From an uncultured Dehalococcoidales bacterium (GTDB lineage: Bacteria; Chloroflexota; Dehalococcoidia; Dehalococcoidales; Fen-1064): 53,452 nt of DNA. This document shows, one piece after another, positions 35,688-44,968 of this stretch. How positions within the stretch are numbered: the first letter of the stretch is position 1; every line of letters begins with the position of its first letter. The stretch spans positions 1 through 53,452 of the forward strand of contig CAZEBT010000001.1 of the NCBI GenBank assembly GCA_964510485.1, given 5' to 3'. The translations under genes were made by a program, and so were the position numbers. The notes beneath the pieces are model-generated. The model was not told where the DNA came from, did not search any database, and saw only the letters and a program-made list of their open reading frames with translations.

Positions 35688-35725
35688 GGGAACCCTGAGA
35701 TTGCACCAGCTACCTCAGGGTTCCC
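35688..35725 (-). other. Intercistronic stem-loop (12-bp perfect stem) between the binding-protein and permease genes
   Basis: GGGAACCCTGAG (35688-35699) pairs with CTCAGGGTTCCC (35714-35725) around a 14-nt loop. No U-tract follows it on the transcribed (minus) strand. Confidence 0.6.
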
Positions 35726-35778
35726 AAAATAGGGCTAAAAGCAGTTTGGCCATTCAAATGGGGCCAAGGTGCCGTTTC

Positions 35779-37128
35779 TTATTCTTGCGGCTCTGTGGCT
35801 GCCTCAGCCGTCAATCTCTCAATTAGCCGTGGCGGTGCCTGCCACATAACAGTGCCCTCGTAGAATATACCTTCCCAGTCGCCTGTCATTAGGTTCGGCC
35901 AGATGCATTTCTGCACTCCATCCTGCCATTGGGTGGCGATACCTGTGGCATGGCCGGGACCGTACACCAGGTCATGAGGATTTCCCAGTGGTGCATCTTC
36001 CACGGTTGTAAAGGAAACGGGACCGCCGCATCCTACGAAGTCCGTCTTTTCCAGTTCGGCAACAACGGCGTCGGAGTCTAGGGTCCCCGCCCTTTCAACA
36101 GCTTCTGCCAGGATAACAATGGCATCACTGGTTCCGGCAGTGTAAGTGGGCAACTGTCCAGCCTTCTCCTTAAATGCCTCAAGGAAGGCAGCGGTCTTGT
36201 ACGTCTGCGCTACTCCCTCACAGTAGGTGGCTAGGGTGGTGTCATAGTTGCCGAAACCGCCGGTCGCATCCCAGAAGCCCTCCTTCTGTGCTTCAACGTT
36301 GATGCCTACCGAAGCCGCTGATATCTCCAGTTCACCCCATGTCTTGGCATAGGGAATGCCCAGCGGTCCGGAGATAATAGGCATGATGATGTCAGTGTTG
36401 GCAGCTTCTATGGCTGTCATTTCGGCATTGAGTTCAGTGGCTGTGGGTGACGGTCTCCATGTCCCGGAGATTTCCATCCCCAGCCTCATGGGGACTAGCG
36501 CCTCCATAGCAGCCACCATGGCATCGGCCCACTGTGCTCCTTCAGCGCATATGGCGACTCGCAGAGGCCTCTGGATGCCTGTCTGGGCTTGTATGATGCC
36601 TCCCGCCATTCCCACTTCATACAGCGTGTTGTAGACCAGAAATGTGTTGCACATTGGGGTCACCCTGAAGAAGTACTTGTAGCGGTCATAATCTTGGGCT
36701 ACTGCTGTACAGAGCTCTACGGTAGCGGCACCACAATCCATGAAGATCATCTGATCGTCCATGGCGACTTCCTGCATGGGAAATACGCCTTCGGTTCTGA
36801 AACCGCCGACTACGAAGTCTACCTGGTCCACCGTTATCAGGCGTTCCATTGCCGCGGCAGCATCGTCAGGGCTGAGCATCTCGTTGGAGTCTGCCTTGAC
36901 CAGTTCAATCATGTACGTTTCTTCACCTATTGTTACACCGCCAGCGTCATTGACTGTATCCCGCCCGATTTCGGCGCCCCACCAGTGGTGCTCGCCCTGC
37001 ATGTATGTCATTGGCCCGATAACGCCGATCTTGATGGTATTGGCCTCTTCTTCAGGCCCACAAGCGGCGAAGATAAATGGTACCAGTAGCAGACATGCAA
37101 TCAACGAGAAAACGAGCCTTTTCTTCAT
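35779..37128 (-). CDS. ABC transporter substrate-binding lipoprotein (Liv/periplasmic binding protein type I family)
   Basis: The track ORF starts at GTG 37143, inside the SD GAAGGAGGG. The ATG at 37128 gives MKKRLVFSLIACLLLVPFIFAAC/GPEE with a lipobox. The body resembles LivK-like binding proteins. Confidence 0.8.
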   Translation of the reverse strand: MKKRLVFSLIACLLLVPFIFAACGPEEEANTIKIGVIGPMTYMQGEHHWWGAEIGRDTVNDAGGVTIGEETYMIELVKADSNEMLSPDDAAAAMERLITVDQVDFVVGGFRTEGVFPMQEVAMDDQMIFMDCGAATVELCTAVAQDYDRYKYFFRVTPMCNTFLVYNTLYEVGMAGGIIQAQTGIQRPLRVAICAEGAQWADAMVAAMEALVPMRLGMEISGTWRPSPTATELNAEMTAIEAANTDIIMPIISGPLGIPYAKTWGELEISAASVGINVEAQKEGFWDATGGFGNYDTTLATYCEGVAQTYKTAAFLEAFKEKAGQLPTYTAGTSDAIVILAEAVERAGTLDSDAVVAELEKTDFVGCGGPVSFTTVEDAPLGNPHDLVYGPGHATGIATQWQDGVQKCIWPNLMTGDWEGIFYEGTVMWQAPPRLIERLTAEAATEPQE

Positions 37129-37366
37129 TATTCCCTCCTTCACAATTCCTGTTTGAGAAGTCTCTCTGCTGGGGCAGGGTATAACCTATACTGTCCCCAG
37201 CATGTTAACATTCACAAATCTATTCACCTCCTTCCATCAGTTCTGTTGTCATTACCAGTGCCACCATTCTAATGTGCCAGATGGTAAATGTCAATATCTT
37301 TTAGCTTGTTTATGTGCTTGGTGACGTAACCTTGACCGTGACGGGGGTGCTGATACCAGTGTAGAT

Positions 37367-38071
37367 ATGGTATTATGCAGGAGAGAGCCGGGGGAGTCTG
37401 TGAAGGTTATCGGTATGTTTGCTATCGGAAAAACCAGGACAGGTATGAAGACGGCGGTCTGTTCTGCAATAAGCTCCAGACGACTTGTTGAGTTCTACTA
37501 CCGTGGTGGAGTTCGTCTGGTCGAGCCATTCTGCCTGGGAGAAATCGGCCCTGGTGATGAAGGGACGCTGCTGTGCTATCAGGTCAGCGGATATACCAGG
37601 TTTGGTGAGCCTGTTGGCTGGAAGCTGTATAGGTTCTCGGAGATATCTAAATTAGAGGTCGTTAACGAGAATTTTACCGGTACCAGACCGGGCTATGACC
37701 CGGGTAATTTGGAAATGACGACCGTCTACTGTTGTGTCTCTACAGTTGCCGACGAGGAGACCCAGCCGGAGGAGACAGCCGGGCCGGTACTGGCTGGCAG
37801 CGCGGCAAATCTATCTTACGAAGAGGCTGAGGACTCAGCCGTACCCTGCCAGAAGCACGATGAGCTGATGAAGAGGTCCCACCTTTCTCATTCTATCCCT
37901 CCAGTCAGTGCGGTTGCTGAGGACGGTGCCATATCAGGTAGAGAAAGGGTCGTCATCCATGAGAATAACATGAAAATGAGAAGTAGAATACGGCAGGTGA
38001 GCCTGGCCATTCATAAAAAGGTCACAAGGGGTATTACCAGAGGTGGTTGGCTTGTGTGGCGCAGGGGTTAG
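37367..38071 (+). CDS. WYL-domain-like protein without a recognisable HTH; acidic linker and basic C-terminus
   Basis: 234 aa. The start is uncertain, with alternative ATGs at 37412 and 37445. The WYL/Sm-like pattern is LVEFYYRGGVRLVEPFCLGE...LLCYQVSGYTRFGEPVGWKLYRFSEISKLEVVNENF. Confidence 0.5.
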   Translation: MVLCRREPGESVKVIGMFAIGKTRTGMKTAVCSAISSRRLVEFYYRGGVRLVEPFCLGEIGPGDEGTLLCYQVSGYTRFGEPVGWKLYRFSEISKLEVVNENFTGTRPGYDPGNLEMTTVYCCVSTVADEETQPEETAGPVLAGSAANLSYEEAEDSAVPCQKHDELMKRSHLSHSIPPVSAVAEDGAISGRERVVIHENNMKMRSRIRQVSLAIHKKVTRGITRGGWLVWRRG

Positions 38072-38094
38072 CGGGAATCTAATAGTAGCAAAGC

Positions 38095-39843
38095 ATGAAG
38101 GAGGAAACAGTGGTTAATTCAATTCGTGTTGACAGAGATGTCCCAATGAAAATGAGGGACGGCATTGTACTGCGGGCTGACGTCTACCGGCCGGATGATA
38201 GTGAGAAACACCCGGCGATTGTCGTGCGAACGCCGTATGACAAGGTGCCTTCTACTACCAGCGATTATCTTTCACCGTTAGGGGCAGCGTTTGCGGGATA
38301 TGCCGTGGTTATTCAAGATACCAGAGGCAGATTCGCTTCAGAAGGAGAATTTGTCGCCGGGGCACCAGAAGGCCAGGACGGGTACGATACAATCGAGACC
38401 GTGGCTGCCGAATCCTGGTGTGACGGCAACGTTGGGATGGCTGGCGCCTCATATCTTGGGCGGAATCAGTGGCAAGCCGCACTGGAAAACCCTCCTCATC
38501 TAAAAGCCATTGCCCCTCACGTAATCTCATCCGGTGCACTTTCTGAGTCCAGAAAGAGTGGTGTCCATGACCTAGAAACAGCTATCAGCTGGTCGGCGGC
38601 TATGGCTATTGATACAATTGGCAGGATGGCTCAAGAGGGGAAGGATGTCACAGAGGTGCTGGGTATGGTTAGATATGTCATGGACAATATTGAGGAAGCG
38701 TGCAATTTCTTGCCGCTTAAGGATATACCTTTCTTCAAATTTGAGGGACTGGAGGAAGGGTTCATGAGCCGCTTCAGTGATGCCGGCCTGGCAGGAATAA
38801 AGTCCGAGGAGGACATCTTCTGGGCATATGACAGGGTGAAGGTCCCCTGTATGCATTCTGGCGGCTGGTATGATATGTTTACTGGCGACACCTTTAGAAA
38901 TTTCCTGGGCATGAGAGAGAAGGGAGGCTCGCAGGTTGCTCGTGAGGGGCAGCACGTTTTTATGGGTCCCTGGACTCATGGAGCCAGGCTCCACAACCTT
39001 GTGGGAGGGATGAATTTTGGCCGCTTTGCGTCTGGTGCGGGCTCATTCGCGACGGCCAGGCATATTGCCTTTTTCAATAAATACTTGAGGGGTGTTGATA
39101 GTCCCTATCTTGTTCCCATACGCTACTTCGTCATGGGAAGGAAGAGATGGAAGAATGCCGACACCTGGCCTCTGCCTGAGACAGAATGGCAGCGGTTTTA
39201 TTTCCACAGCCGGGGTCACGCCAACACCGCCGCCGGTGATGGTGTATTAGGCAGAGAGGAGCCGGGGACGGAATCTCCGGATATTTATATCTATAATCCA
39301 CATGACCCCGTACCTTCAAGGGGTGGCCGGCTCAATCCGGACCTGAACCTGGCTGCGGGTCCGCTGGACCAGTCCTTCATTGAGAAACGCAATGACGTGC
39401 TGTGCTATACAACACCCGAGTTGACAGAGGAATTGGAGGTTACCGGCCCGCTGATGCTTCATCTCTTTGCCTCTACCTCAGCAAAAGACACCGATTTTAT
39501 GGTGAGACTGGTTGACGTTCATCCAGGCGGACTGGCTATTAATGTGGCGGAGGGCTGCATTCGTGCCCGGTACCGGAAGTCTATTCTCCAGCCCGAGCTG
39601 ATAACCCCAGGGGAGGTCTATGAGTATACTATCAACATGGCAGCCACCAGTATTGTCTTTGGCAGGGGACATCGTATTCGCATACATATTGCCAGCAGCG
39701 ATTTTCCCCGGTTTGACCGCAACATGAACACAGGGAATCCTGTTGGAGAAGACGCCGTAGGTATCCCGGCCATGCAGACCATATATCATCAGCCAGACTA
39801 TTCATCATATGTAGACCTGCCGGTAATACCTGCCACAGGTTGA
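38095..39843 (+). CDS. CocE/NonD-family hydrolase (S15 X-Pro dipeptidyl-peptidase-like)
   Basis: 582 aa with VVRTPYDK, the nucleophile motif GMAGASYLG and a C-terminal jelly-roll region (IRIHIASSDFPRFDRN). Confidence 0.85.
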   Translation: MKEETVVNSIRVDRDVPMKMRDGIVLRADVYRPDDSEKHPAIVVRTPYDKVPSTTSDYLSPLGAAFAGYAVVIQDTRGRFASEGEFVAGAPEGQDGYDTIETVAAESWCDGNVGMAGASYLGRNQWQAALENPPHLKAIAPHVISSGALSESRKSGVHDLETAISWSAAMAIDTIGRMAQEGKDVTEVLGMVRYVMDNIEEACNFLPLKDIPFFKFEGLEEGFMSRFSDAGLAGIKSEEDIFWAYDRVKVPCMHSGGWYDMFTGDTFRNFLGMREKGGSQVAREGQHVFMGPWTHGARLHNLVGGMNFGRFASGAGSFATARHIAFFNKYLRGVDSPYLVPIRYFVMGRKRWKNADTWPLPETEWQRFYFHSRGHANTAAGDGVLGREEPGTESPDIYIYNPHDPVPSRGGRLNPDLNLAAGPLDQSFIEKRNDVLCYTTPELTEELEVTGPLMLHLFASTSAKDTDFMVRLVDVHPGGLAINVAEGCIRARYRKSILQPELITPGEVYEYTINMAATSIVFGRGHRIRIHIASSDFPRFDRNMNTGNPVGEDAVGIPAMQTIYHQPDYSSYVDLPVIPATG

Positions 39844-39881
39844 CTCAGGGTGGTCACCCCTGTGGAGATAGAGGGTCGTGG

Positions 39882-41339
39882 TTACCGGTCCTCATTATCC
39901 AATTCCTTCTGGAACCGGTGATATTCGTACAATCTAGCCAGGGCACGGCTGGCTCCTGCCAGTGAGCTGTAGACCGCTACACCACTCCGGGGTAGCTCCA
40001 CCTGAAGCCTGGCACGTAATTCGCGCTCCCAGGTGTCGTTCATGAAGGAATGGAAGACGAGCACCGCGGGCTTGCCATAGGGGTTATCCTTGCAGAAGTC
40101 TCCCAGATAATTTAGTGCCTGGTCCAGATGTCCGGGCCCGGCTGCGTTTATCATGTCCAGATGAGGCCTGACAATGAGTATATCTATTAACGGGTCGGCA
40201 GCTACCAGTTCCATCTCTCGCTGTAGCAGTGACGCATCCCGGAATGCCAGCCCTGTGTCCAGAGGGTTCCTGATACTGGAGCCAGCAAGGGGTATGAACT
40301 TCTTGAGTTCTTCCTGGGTCTCTCTGGTCAGGGCGGGGACTTCCAACCCCTCCCGGCTGCAGGTATCAGCCGAAGCCACGCTGGAGCCACCACCGAGTAC
40401 AAGAACAGACACCCTCTTTCCCTTTGGGGGTTTGACGTAGAGAAGGGTCATGGCGGTCTCCGCCATCTCTTCCAGGGAGGAGACAGGTACGGCACCTGTC
40501 TGGGCAAAGAAGCCCTGCCAGACTGCTGCCTGCCCCGCCATTGAGGCGGTGTGGGAGGCTGCCGCTCTTGACCCTGACTCGGTAAGCCCTGCCTTCCATA
40601 TGATAACCGGCTTGACCCGGTTGATTTCTTTCACCTGCCTCAGCAGCTTGGCGCCGTCCTTAACCCCTTCCAGGTACATGCAGATGATTCTGGTTTCGGG
40701 GTCAACCGCCAGGTACTCCAGATAATCGGTACTGTCCAGAACATAGGCATTGCCGAAGCTGATTGTCTTGCTGAAGTAGACGCCGTAGTTGGGCCCATAG
40801 TGAGTAAACCAGTTGCAGTGGCCACCGCTCTGGGAGATAAGAGATACCGAACCGCTTTTCCTGGGTAGCTGGTCAAAGGTACCTACACCGGCATCAGGCA
40901 CGTATAGACCCATGCAGTTTGGACCGATGAGGCGCAGGCCTCCACGCAGGGCTATCTGCCGGACTCTATTCCCCAGCTCTATGGCTTCTTCCTCTCCTGT
41001 CTCCTCAAAACCAGCGGTGAATACATGGATGTTTTTAGCGTTAGCCGTGATGCAGTCCTCGAGCACCTCAGGCAGTGCCTGGGATGGTACGGATACAACC
41101 ACCAGGTCTACGGGTTCCGGGATGGATGCAACATCAGGGTAGGTTTTGAGTCCCAGGATTTCTGTAGCCTTGGGGTTGACCGGGTAGATATGCCCCTGGA
41201 AGCCCAGTTGCTCGAAACACTCAACGAAGCGGGCTCCTCCAAAGTTCTGGCTTTCGCCACGCTTGGCTTTCGCCGAGACACCTACTACAGCTACTACCTT
41301 GGGGCTAAAGGCCGCCTCTAGGGCTGGGTCCCAGGCCAT
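39882..41339 (-). CDS. ADP-forming acyl-CoA synthetase alpha-type subunit (CoA-binding plus CoA-ligase domains)
   Basis: 485 aa with the CoA-binding N-terminus VAVVGVS and the phosphohistidine context AASHTASMAG. No ATP-grasp beta subunit is adjacent. Confidence 0.75.
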   Translation of the reverse strand: MAWDPALEAAFSPKVVAVVGVSAKAKRGESQNFGGARFVECFEQLGFQGHIYPVNPKATEILGLKTYPDVASIPEPVDLVVVSVPSQALPEVLEDCITANAKNIHVFTAGFEETGEEEAIELGNRVRQIALRGGLRLIGPNCMGLYVPDAGVGTFDQLPRKSGSVSLISQSGGHCNWFTHYGPNYGVYFSKTISFGNAYVLDSTDYLEYLAVDPETRIICMYLEGVKDGAKLLRQVKEINRVKPVIIWKAGLTESGSRAAASHTASMAGQAAVWQGFFAQTGAVPVSSLEEMAETAMTLLYVKPPKGKRVSVLVLGGGSSVASADTCSREGLEVPALTRETQEELKKFIPLAGSSIRNPLDTGLAFRDASLLQREMELVAADPLIDILIVRPHLDMINAAGPGHLDQALNYLGDFCKDNPYGKPAVLVFHSFMNDTWERELRARLQVELPRSGVAVYSSLAGASRALARLYEYHRFQKELDNEDR

Positions 41340-41381
41340 AATTCAAAGATTTCCTTTCCGGGTGAGGACAACCCAGTAAAT

Positions 41382-41411
41382 ATTCTAGCTGGTCTGACCG
41401 GGGATTGTCAA
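41382..41411 (-). promoter_or_regulatory. Candidate sigma70-type promoter for the acyl-CoA synthetase alpha gene
   Basis: On the minus strand: TTGACA (41411-41406), an 18-nt spacer, then TAGAAT (41387-41382), about 40 nt upstream of the ATG at 41339. Confidence 0.5.
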
Positions 41412-41458
41412 TTACTGGCTGAAGGGTTCACCGGTAGGCGGGGTGAAGTTATGCCTTC

Positions 41459-42979
41459 TTAAAGGGAGACCCATTGCCCCACGGTTTTCACAGCATGGTC
41501 GGCGCCGAAATACCCGGTGAAGAGCCGGAAGTAGTGGAGCTCCTCCTTGCTGCGGACCAGGGGGTATTTGGCCTGTGCTTCGGTGAGTTCACGGTCCGGG
41601 ACTCGCTCCTCAAAGTACGCCGGCAGGAGACTGGCAGAGCCGGAGCCCTGAGAGAACTCCTGTTTGGTACGCCAGACTATGGATTCGGGCAGGATATTTT
41701 TATACGCCTGGCGGAATACCCATTTTTCTATTTTCTGACCATTCGCCGGCTTTTGTTTATATTGAGGGGGTATTGACATGGAGTAGCGGAGCAGTTCCCC
41801 GGATATCAGTGGAGCGACGACACGGAGGGAGTTGCAGGCGTTCATGCGGTCGAGGCGTAGCGAGGCGTTGTTGTGCAGGAAGCCGATACACTCCATCTGT
41901 CTGGCAAACAGCTCTTCGGCAGGGCAGTGGCTGAGATATGTATATCCGCAGAACACCTCGTCACCCCCCTCACCGGAGAGCAGTACCTGGATGCCCTGTT
42001 CCCTGGCATAGCGGGAGATGAGGTAGTTGGAGACCGCACTTCGTACCAGAGAGGGGTCAAAGGACTCCAGGTAGTATATTACCTGCGGCAGGGCTTCCAG
42101 TACCTGTTCAAGGTCCACAATCAGCTCGTGGTGTTCGGAGCCGATGTAGTCGGCCATAATGCGGGCTGCCTGGATATCATTGCTCTCCCCGACGCCCAGG
42201 GCAAAGGTTTTCAGCCGGGCACTCTCTCCGAACTTCGCTTTATATGCCTTGCTGCCAATGTAGCTGATAACGCTGCTGTCCATTCCGCCACTGAGCAGAC
42301 TGCCGGTTGGCATGGTGAAGTCAACCCGGTTGTTGAAACTTCGCTCAATAATCTCCCGGACATTGCCGGTCATCACATCGACACTGTGGCTGCCGAACTC
42401 CGGCGGGCTCTTGGGTAGTTCGGCAAACCGGGTGAGCTGACCGCTACGACCCATATAATGCCCGTTGGGGAACTCATAGACCTCTCTGGTCACCTGAAGT
42501 ATCCCCTTGAGCTCGGAGGCAAGGTAAAGGGTGTTGTCCTTCCAGCCGTAGAAAAGGGTCTTAATGCCCAGCAAATCGCGCGCTGCCAGGAGATTCTCGC
42601 CATCAAAGATGACCAGTGCAAAGATGGCGTCGTTGAGGTGTTCGAGCATCTCCCTGCCGTATTTCTGGTAGAGGGTGAGCAGCAGGCGCTCCTCTCTGAA
42701 GGGGCCATCCGGTACGTTGTGGTTGCCGGCCAGGTCGGCAAAGTTGCCTATCTGACCATCATAGCAGATTACGAGGTCGGGTTTGCTGGCGCTACGAACC
42801 GGTATTTTTATACCGTCACCACCCACAGCACCGTCAGCCTGGAGGTAGTTCTGAGCGAGGATAACCCGGTCTCCTTCATGTACCCCCGAGGTGAAGGGTC
42901 CCCTGTGGGCAATCGCACGCATAATGGCTTCTATTTCATTTCGACTGGGGTTACCGCAGGCGATGGCAAGTCCGCTCAC
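41459..42979 (-). CDS. Asparagine synthetase B-like amidoligase (PP-loop) with Ser in place of the N-terminal nucleophile Cys
   Basis: 506 aa with a GTG start 9 nt after GGGAGGG. The N-terminus is MSGLAIACG...AHRGP, against the canonical MCG(I)...HRGPD. The PP-loop reads LLSGGMDSSVISYIG. Confidence 0.8.
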   Translation of the reverse strand: MSGLAIACGNPSRNEIEAIMRAIAHRGPFTSGVHEGDRVILAQNYLQADGAVGGDGIKIPVRSASKPDLVICYDGQIGNFADLAGNHNVPDGPFREERLLLTLYQKYGREMLEHLNDAIFALVIFDGENLLAARDLLGIKTLFYGWKDNTLYLASELKGILQVTREVYEFPNGHYMGRSGQLTRFAELPKSPPEFGSHSVDVMTGNVREIIERSFNNRVDFTMPTGSLLSGGMDSSVISYIGSKAYKAKFGESARLKTFALGVGESNDIQAARIMADYIGSEHHELIVDLEQVLEALPQVIYYLESFDPSLVRSAVSNYLISRYAREQGIQVLLSGEGGDEVFCGYTYLSHCPAEELFARQMECIGFLHNNASLRLDRMNACNSLRVVAPLISGELLRYSMSIPPQYKQKPANGQKIEKWVFRQAYKNILPESIVWRTKQEFSQGSGSASLLPAYFEERVPDRELTEAQAKYPLVRSKEELHYFRLFTGYFGADHAVKTVGQWVSL

Positions 42980-43022
42980 GCTATTGAGCCCTCCCTGTTG
43001 GTGGTGTCATACCGGCCGGGGG

Positions 43023-44249
43023 TTATTTCACAATCTCAAAGATAGCTACCAGCCCGTGCCCGCACCCCAGTCCGGCTTGTAGCCCCATCTCGAGTTCCCT
43101 GAGGCAGTATCCCAGCTGTGGTTCTACCAGGCTGGTCCGCGGGGTTCCGACCCTTGTCCCAGCCGCCGCTTTCACCACCTTATTCATGGTGCTGAGTACC
43201 TTCCTTGCGGTGCCAGATATTGCCAGGGGGGCTTCTGGGGGAGTGCTTTGCTCCAGTATTGCCCTGGTATAGGTTATCAGGTAGTTCCACCAGGCGGTAA
43301 GGTTCTGGTGGTAGGCGTTTACCTCGGTGAAGCCCTCTCTGGGGGCATAGTGAACCAGCAGGTCATCAAGGTTGCTGCTCAGGTTAGGCTCAAAGAGCAG
43401 GTTAACCAGTCCACGGAGAGGCTGGCAGTGCGGATTATACTGGGCTGTGTCCATATGGCGACCGACAAACGAAGAGCGGTCAGCCAGCTTGCGCAGGACA
43501 ATAGCGCCGTCTGCCTTCTTTCTAGCCTGCTGGTAGATATTCTGAACCTCCCGGCGTCCCATAATCCTTAGCGGGAAGTAGGTCAACTCTTGCTCTTCCC
43601 TGTCACCGTCGGCGTAGATATAGGAGATGGCGTAGTCCATCCACTGGTTATCTTCAAGATTATCTGTCCAGAGTGTCTGCCACTCATAGGAGTACCGCCC
43701 CAGCCAGTCAATGGCAATGATGGCGCCGTTTTTACTCTGCCTGGCAATGCTGGCCAGCAAATTCACGGTCTGCTCATCGGTATTGTGGGAGAGCGTCCCG
43801 TAGTTAGCCAGGTACAGGTCATAGGTCTCTTCGGCAGCATGGTCAAGTTCATTGAAGTCAGAAAGGACGAAGTCCATATTCTCTGCGTTACGGTAGGTAG
43901 CCCGGGCTTGCTCCAGTAAGCCCTCATTGATATCAATTCCTCTGTAAAGCTTGAGCACATCGGGCTCCACCAGCTTGATGTTGTGCTCTGAAACCGAGTC
44001 CTTGCTGTCATTGATGCTGGTAATAAACTCAAAGCCGTCACCGCTGCCGCATCCCAGGTCCAGAACGTGCAGACCTTCACCGTGCTCCTTCCTTCGGGCT
44101 ATCAGTCGCGCCAGGTATGGCTTGAGGTATAGTCCAAGCTGCTCGTCCTCCCAGAAACGGCGTACGTTATCGTATTTACCCATAAGTCCGCCTGGTTTCT
44201 GGTACTGACCGCTCTTCAGTGCCTCATTATAAGCATCTACTTCAGTCAT
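43023..44249 (-). CDS. Class I SAM-dependent methyltransferase with a C-terminal extension of about 200 aa, unknown substrate
   Basis: 408 aa with motif I VLDLGCGSGDG and a post-I acidic residue in YRGIDIN. I recognised no subfamily. Confidence 0.7.
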   Translation of the reverse strand: MTEVDAYNEALKSGQYQKPGGLMGKYDNVRRFWEDEQLGLYLKPYLARLIARRKEHGEGLHVLDLGCGSGDGFEFITSINDSKDSVSEHNIKLVEPDVLKLYRGIDINEGLLEQARATYRNAENMDFVLSDFNELDHAAEETYDLYLANYGTLSHNTDEQTVNLLASIARQSKNGAIIAIDWLGRYSYEWQTLWTDNLEDNQWMDYAISYIYADGDREEQELTYFPLRIMGRREVQNIYQQARKKADGAIVLRKLADRSSFVGRHMDTAQYNPHCQPLRGLVNLLFEPNLSSNLDDLLVHYAPREGFTEVNAYHQNLTAWWNYLITYTRAILEQSTPPEAPLAISGTARKVLSTMNKVVKAAAGTRVGTPRTSLVEPQLGYCLRELEMGLQAGLGCGHGLVAIFEIVK

Positions 44250-44260
44250 GGGTTCACCTC

Positions 44261-44953
44261 CTAACTGCCTGCTCCTGAGGCCAGGGACTCCACTATTGAT
44301 ACTGCCTGAAAGCCATCAGCACCGTAGCCATCAGCCCCGACACTCCGGGCAAACTCCTCTGAGACGGGCGCTCCACCGATGATGACCTTTACCTTATCCC
44401 TGAGCCCGCTATCCTTGAGTGCCTGGATGGTATCTCCCATCTGTGTCATGGTGCTGGTTAGTAGCGCTGATAGTCCTATGACCTGAGGGTTCTCTTGTCT
44501 CACGGCATCAACGATAGCTTGAGGCTCAACATCATTGCCCAGGTCCTTAACCGTATAGCCTGCCCCGCGGAGCAGTATTGTCACTATATTCTTGCCGATA
44601 TCGTGGAGGTCTCCTTTTACTGTGGCCATAACTATCTTGCCCTTAGCCTTGATACCGCTGCTGGCAAGGTGGGGTTCCAGTATCTCCATGGCGGCTCCTA
44701 CCGCTTCGGCGGAAGCCAGCATGTCTGGAATAAAGTACTCCCTGGTCTCAAATTTCTGCCCGACGATGCCCATGCCCTCGGTGAGTCCCCGGTTGATTAT
44801 ATCGGTAATATCAACCTTCTGGTCGAGGGCTTTATAGATAAGCTCGGTAACTCCCGGCTGATCCACCATCTCTTCCTCCAGACCCTCGTCATCCTGTGTT
44901 ACTCTGCCCTGAATCACATTTTCTCGAATCAGGCTGATTATATCCTCTGTCAT
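44261..44953 (-). CDS. Corrinoid (B12-binding) methyl-carrier protein, MtmC/MtbC/MttC/MtgC-like
   Basis: 230 aa with an N-terminal helical cap, then the Rossmann B12 domain. Motifs are DLHDIGKNIV (DxHxxG), SALLTST and IIGGAPV. Confidence 0.85.
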   Translation of the reverse strand: MTEDIISLIRENVIQGRVTQDDEGLEEEMVDQPGVTELIYKALDQKVDITDIINRGLTEGMGIVGQKFETREYFIPDMLASAEAVGAAMEILEPHLASSGIKAKGKIVMATVKGDLHDIGKNIVTILLRGAGYTVKDLGNDVEPQAIVDAVRQENPQVIGLSALLTSTMTQMGDTIQALKDSGLRDKVKVIIGGAPVSEEFARSVGADGYGADGFQAVSIVESLASGAGS

Positions 44954-44968
44954 TCTCTCTCTCCGATT

